Positions 62,807 to 64,000 of a stretch of 64,000 nt of DNA are shown here, piece by piece. Position 1 is the first letter of the stretch. Every line of letters starts with the position of its first letter. The notes below the pieces were generated by a model. That model did no database searches. It saw only the letters and a program-made list of their open reading frames with translations, and was not told the origin of the DNA. A program made the translations under genes and the position numbers. The stretch comes from Microcystaceae cyanobacterium. Lineage in GTDB: Bacteria > Cyanobacteriota > Cyanobacteriia > Cyanobacteriales > Microcystaceae. Location of the stretch: the NCBI GenBank assembly GCA_041746575.1, contig JBGTGT010000055.1, positions 9,550 through 73,549 of the forward strand. Reading direction: 5' to 3'.

Positions 62807-64000
62807 ATACCATTTTTCAAAAAGTGTGAGAGACTTAGAGCAGGTTAAAATAAGGAGAAGAAAAATGACAGGAGTGCCTCAAATAGAAATCAAGGAATCA
62901 GCGGAAGAATTGAAAGGATTAATGAAAAAGCAAAGCAGTAGCTGAGGGTTTGCTAAAGTACAATGCCTCTACCTGTTAAAGATTAAAGCAGTAGAAACCG
63001 TCAGATACTTAGCCGTCTTAATGGGCAGAGGAGAAAGTACAATTCATCGCTGGTTAAAAGTTTATAGAGAAAAAGGAATGAAAGGATTGCTCTCAGAAGA
63101 AGAGGAAGAAGAAGAGCTAGAAAACTTAAGGACTCCGGGAAGACCAGAAGTAATAGATGTAGAGACAGCCGCCGCTATTCAACTTCGTTCGGATTTTAAA
63201 TCCGAACATTAAGAATTAAAAGAGAAAGAAGGGTTTATATCTTATCAAGAAGTCGTCCTGTGGCTAGAAATAGTAAAAGGTCTAAAAATCAGTTATATAA
63301 CGGTGTGGAGAATTTGCCATATTGAGTTTCAAGCGAAATTGAAAGTTCCACGTCCAAAAAGTATAAAGCAAGAAAAAGGAACGATAGAAAAATTTAAACA
63401 AGAGTTAGCCGAACGTTTAACAGGCATAGTAGCGATAGTTCGACAAGAAAGAGGAGAAAGACAGAAAATTCGTTATTGGTGCGGAGATGAAACTCGATTG
63501 GAACTTCAAACAATTGAAGGAAAAGTCTTGACTCTCAAAGGAGTTAAACCGCAAGGAGAGAAACAATGGAAATTGGATTATTATTATCTTTACGGTCTAG
63601 TTGAACCTCAAACGGGAGAGACATTTTATGATGAGTTTTCTCATTTAGATACTCCTTATTTTGAAACCTTTTTAGAGCTTTTTAGTAAAGCTTATCCCGA
63701 AGAAATACAAATTCTTCAAATTGACAATGCTCCGAGTCATACAACCGAATATTTAAACCTTCCTGAAAACCTTATTCTCTTGTTTCAACCCCCCTATACT
63801 CCTGAAGTTAATCCGATTGAAAGATTGTGGGAACATCTTAAAAGTTTCTTGACTTGGCTAAACTTTGAACATCTAGATAAATTAAGAGATGAAGTTAGTC
63901 AAATTTTGGAAAGTTTCAGTCGAGAGACAATTCAGTCTTTGACGAGTTGGGATTTTATTCTCAACGCTCTATCTCTCTCAGGAATTTAGAAAAATGGTAT
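62807..64000 (+). mobile_element. IS630-family element with inactivated transposase
   Basis: TIR ATACCATTTTTC / GAAAAATGGTAT with TA at left; single frame 62865..63989 with stops at 62943 and 63210; DETR, DNAPSH, PEVNPIE. Confidence 0.9.

Overview
Chromosomal window from an AT-rich unicellular cyanobacterium (frequent HIP1 GCGATCGC sites; cpcT, chlM, ycf20, ycf51, rbcR/ycf30, aar, ado). Housekeeping genes (phosphoketolase-like, aar, lipA, mnmA, glgA, GH57, SNF2 helicase, prolyl oligopeptidase, bioD, miaE, htpG, chlM, ado) alternate with small accessory patches of toxin-antitoxin-like cassettes, IS200/IS605 tnpB elements and remnants, an IS630 and several pseudogenes. I recognised no rRNA, tRNA or CRISPR array. 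Two structures stand out. (1) TA-like cassettes sit next to host genes and are separated by displaced, diverged copies of the host gene's own 3' end (twice for an NTPase-TPR gene; once for bioD, with the junction inside a HIP1 site) or by a duplicated 42-bp intergenic stretch, with no integrase seen in the window. (2) A tnpB element that split a kinase gene after TTAG carries two in-frame 51-bp hairpin insertions whose differences are compensatory base pairs. All product calls come from motif recognition by eye; no database searches were run.
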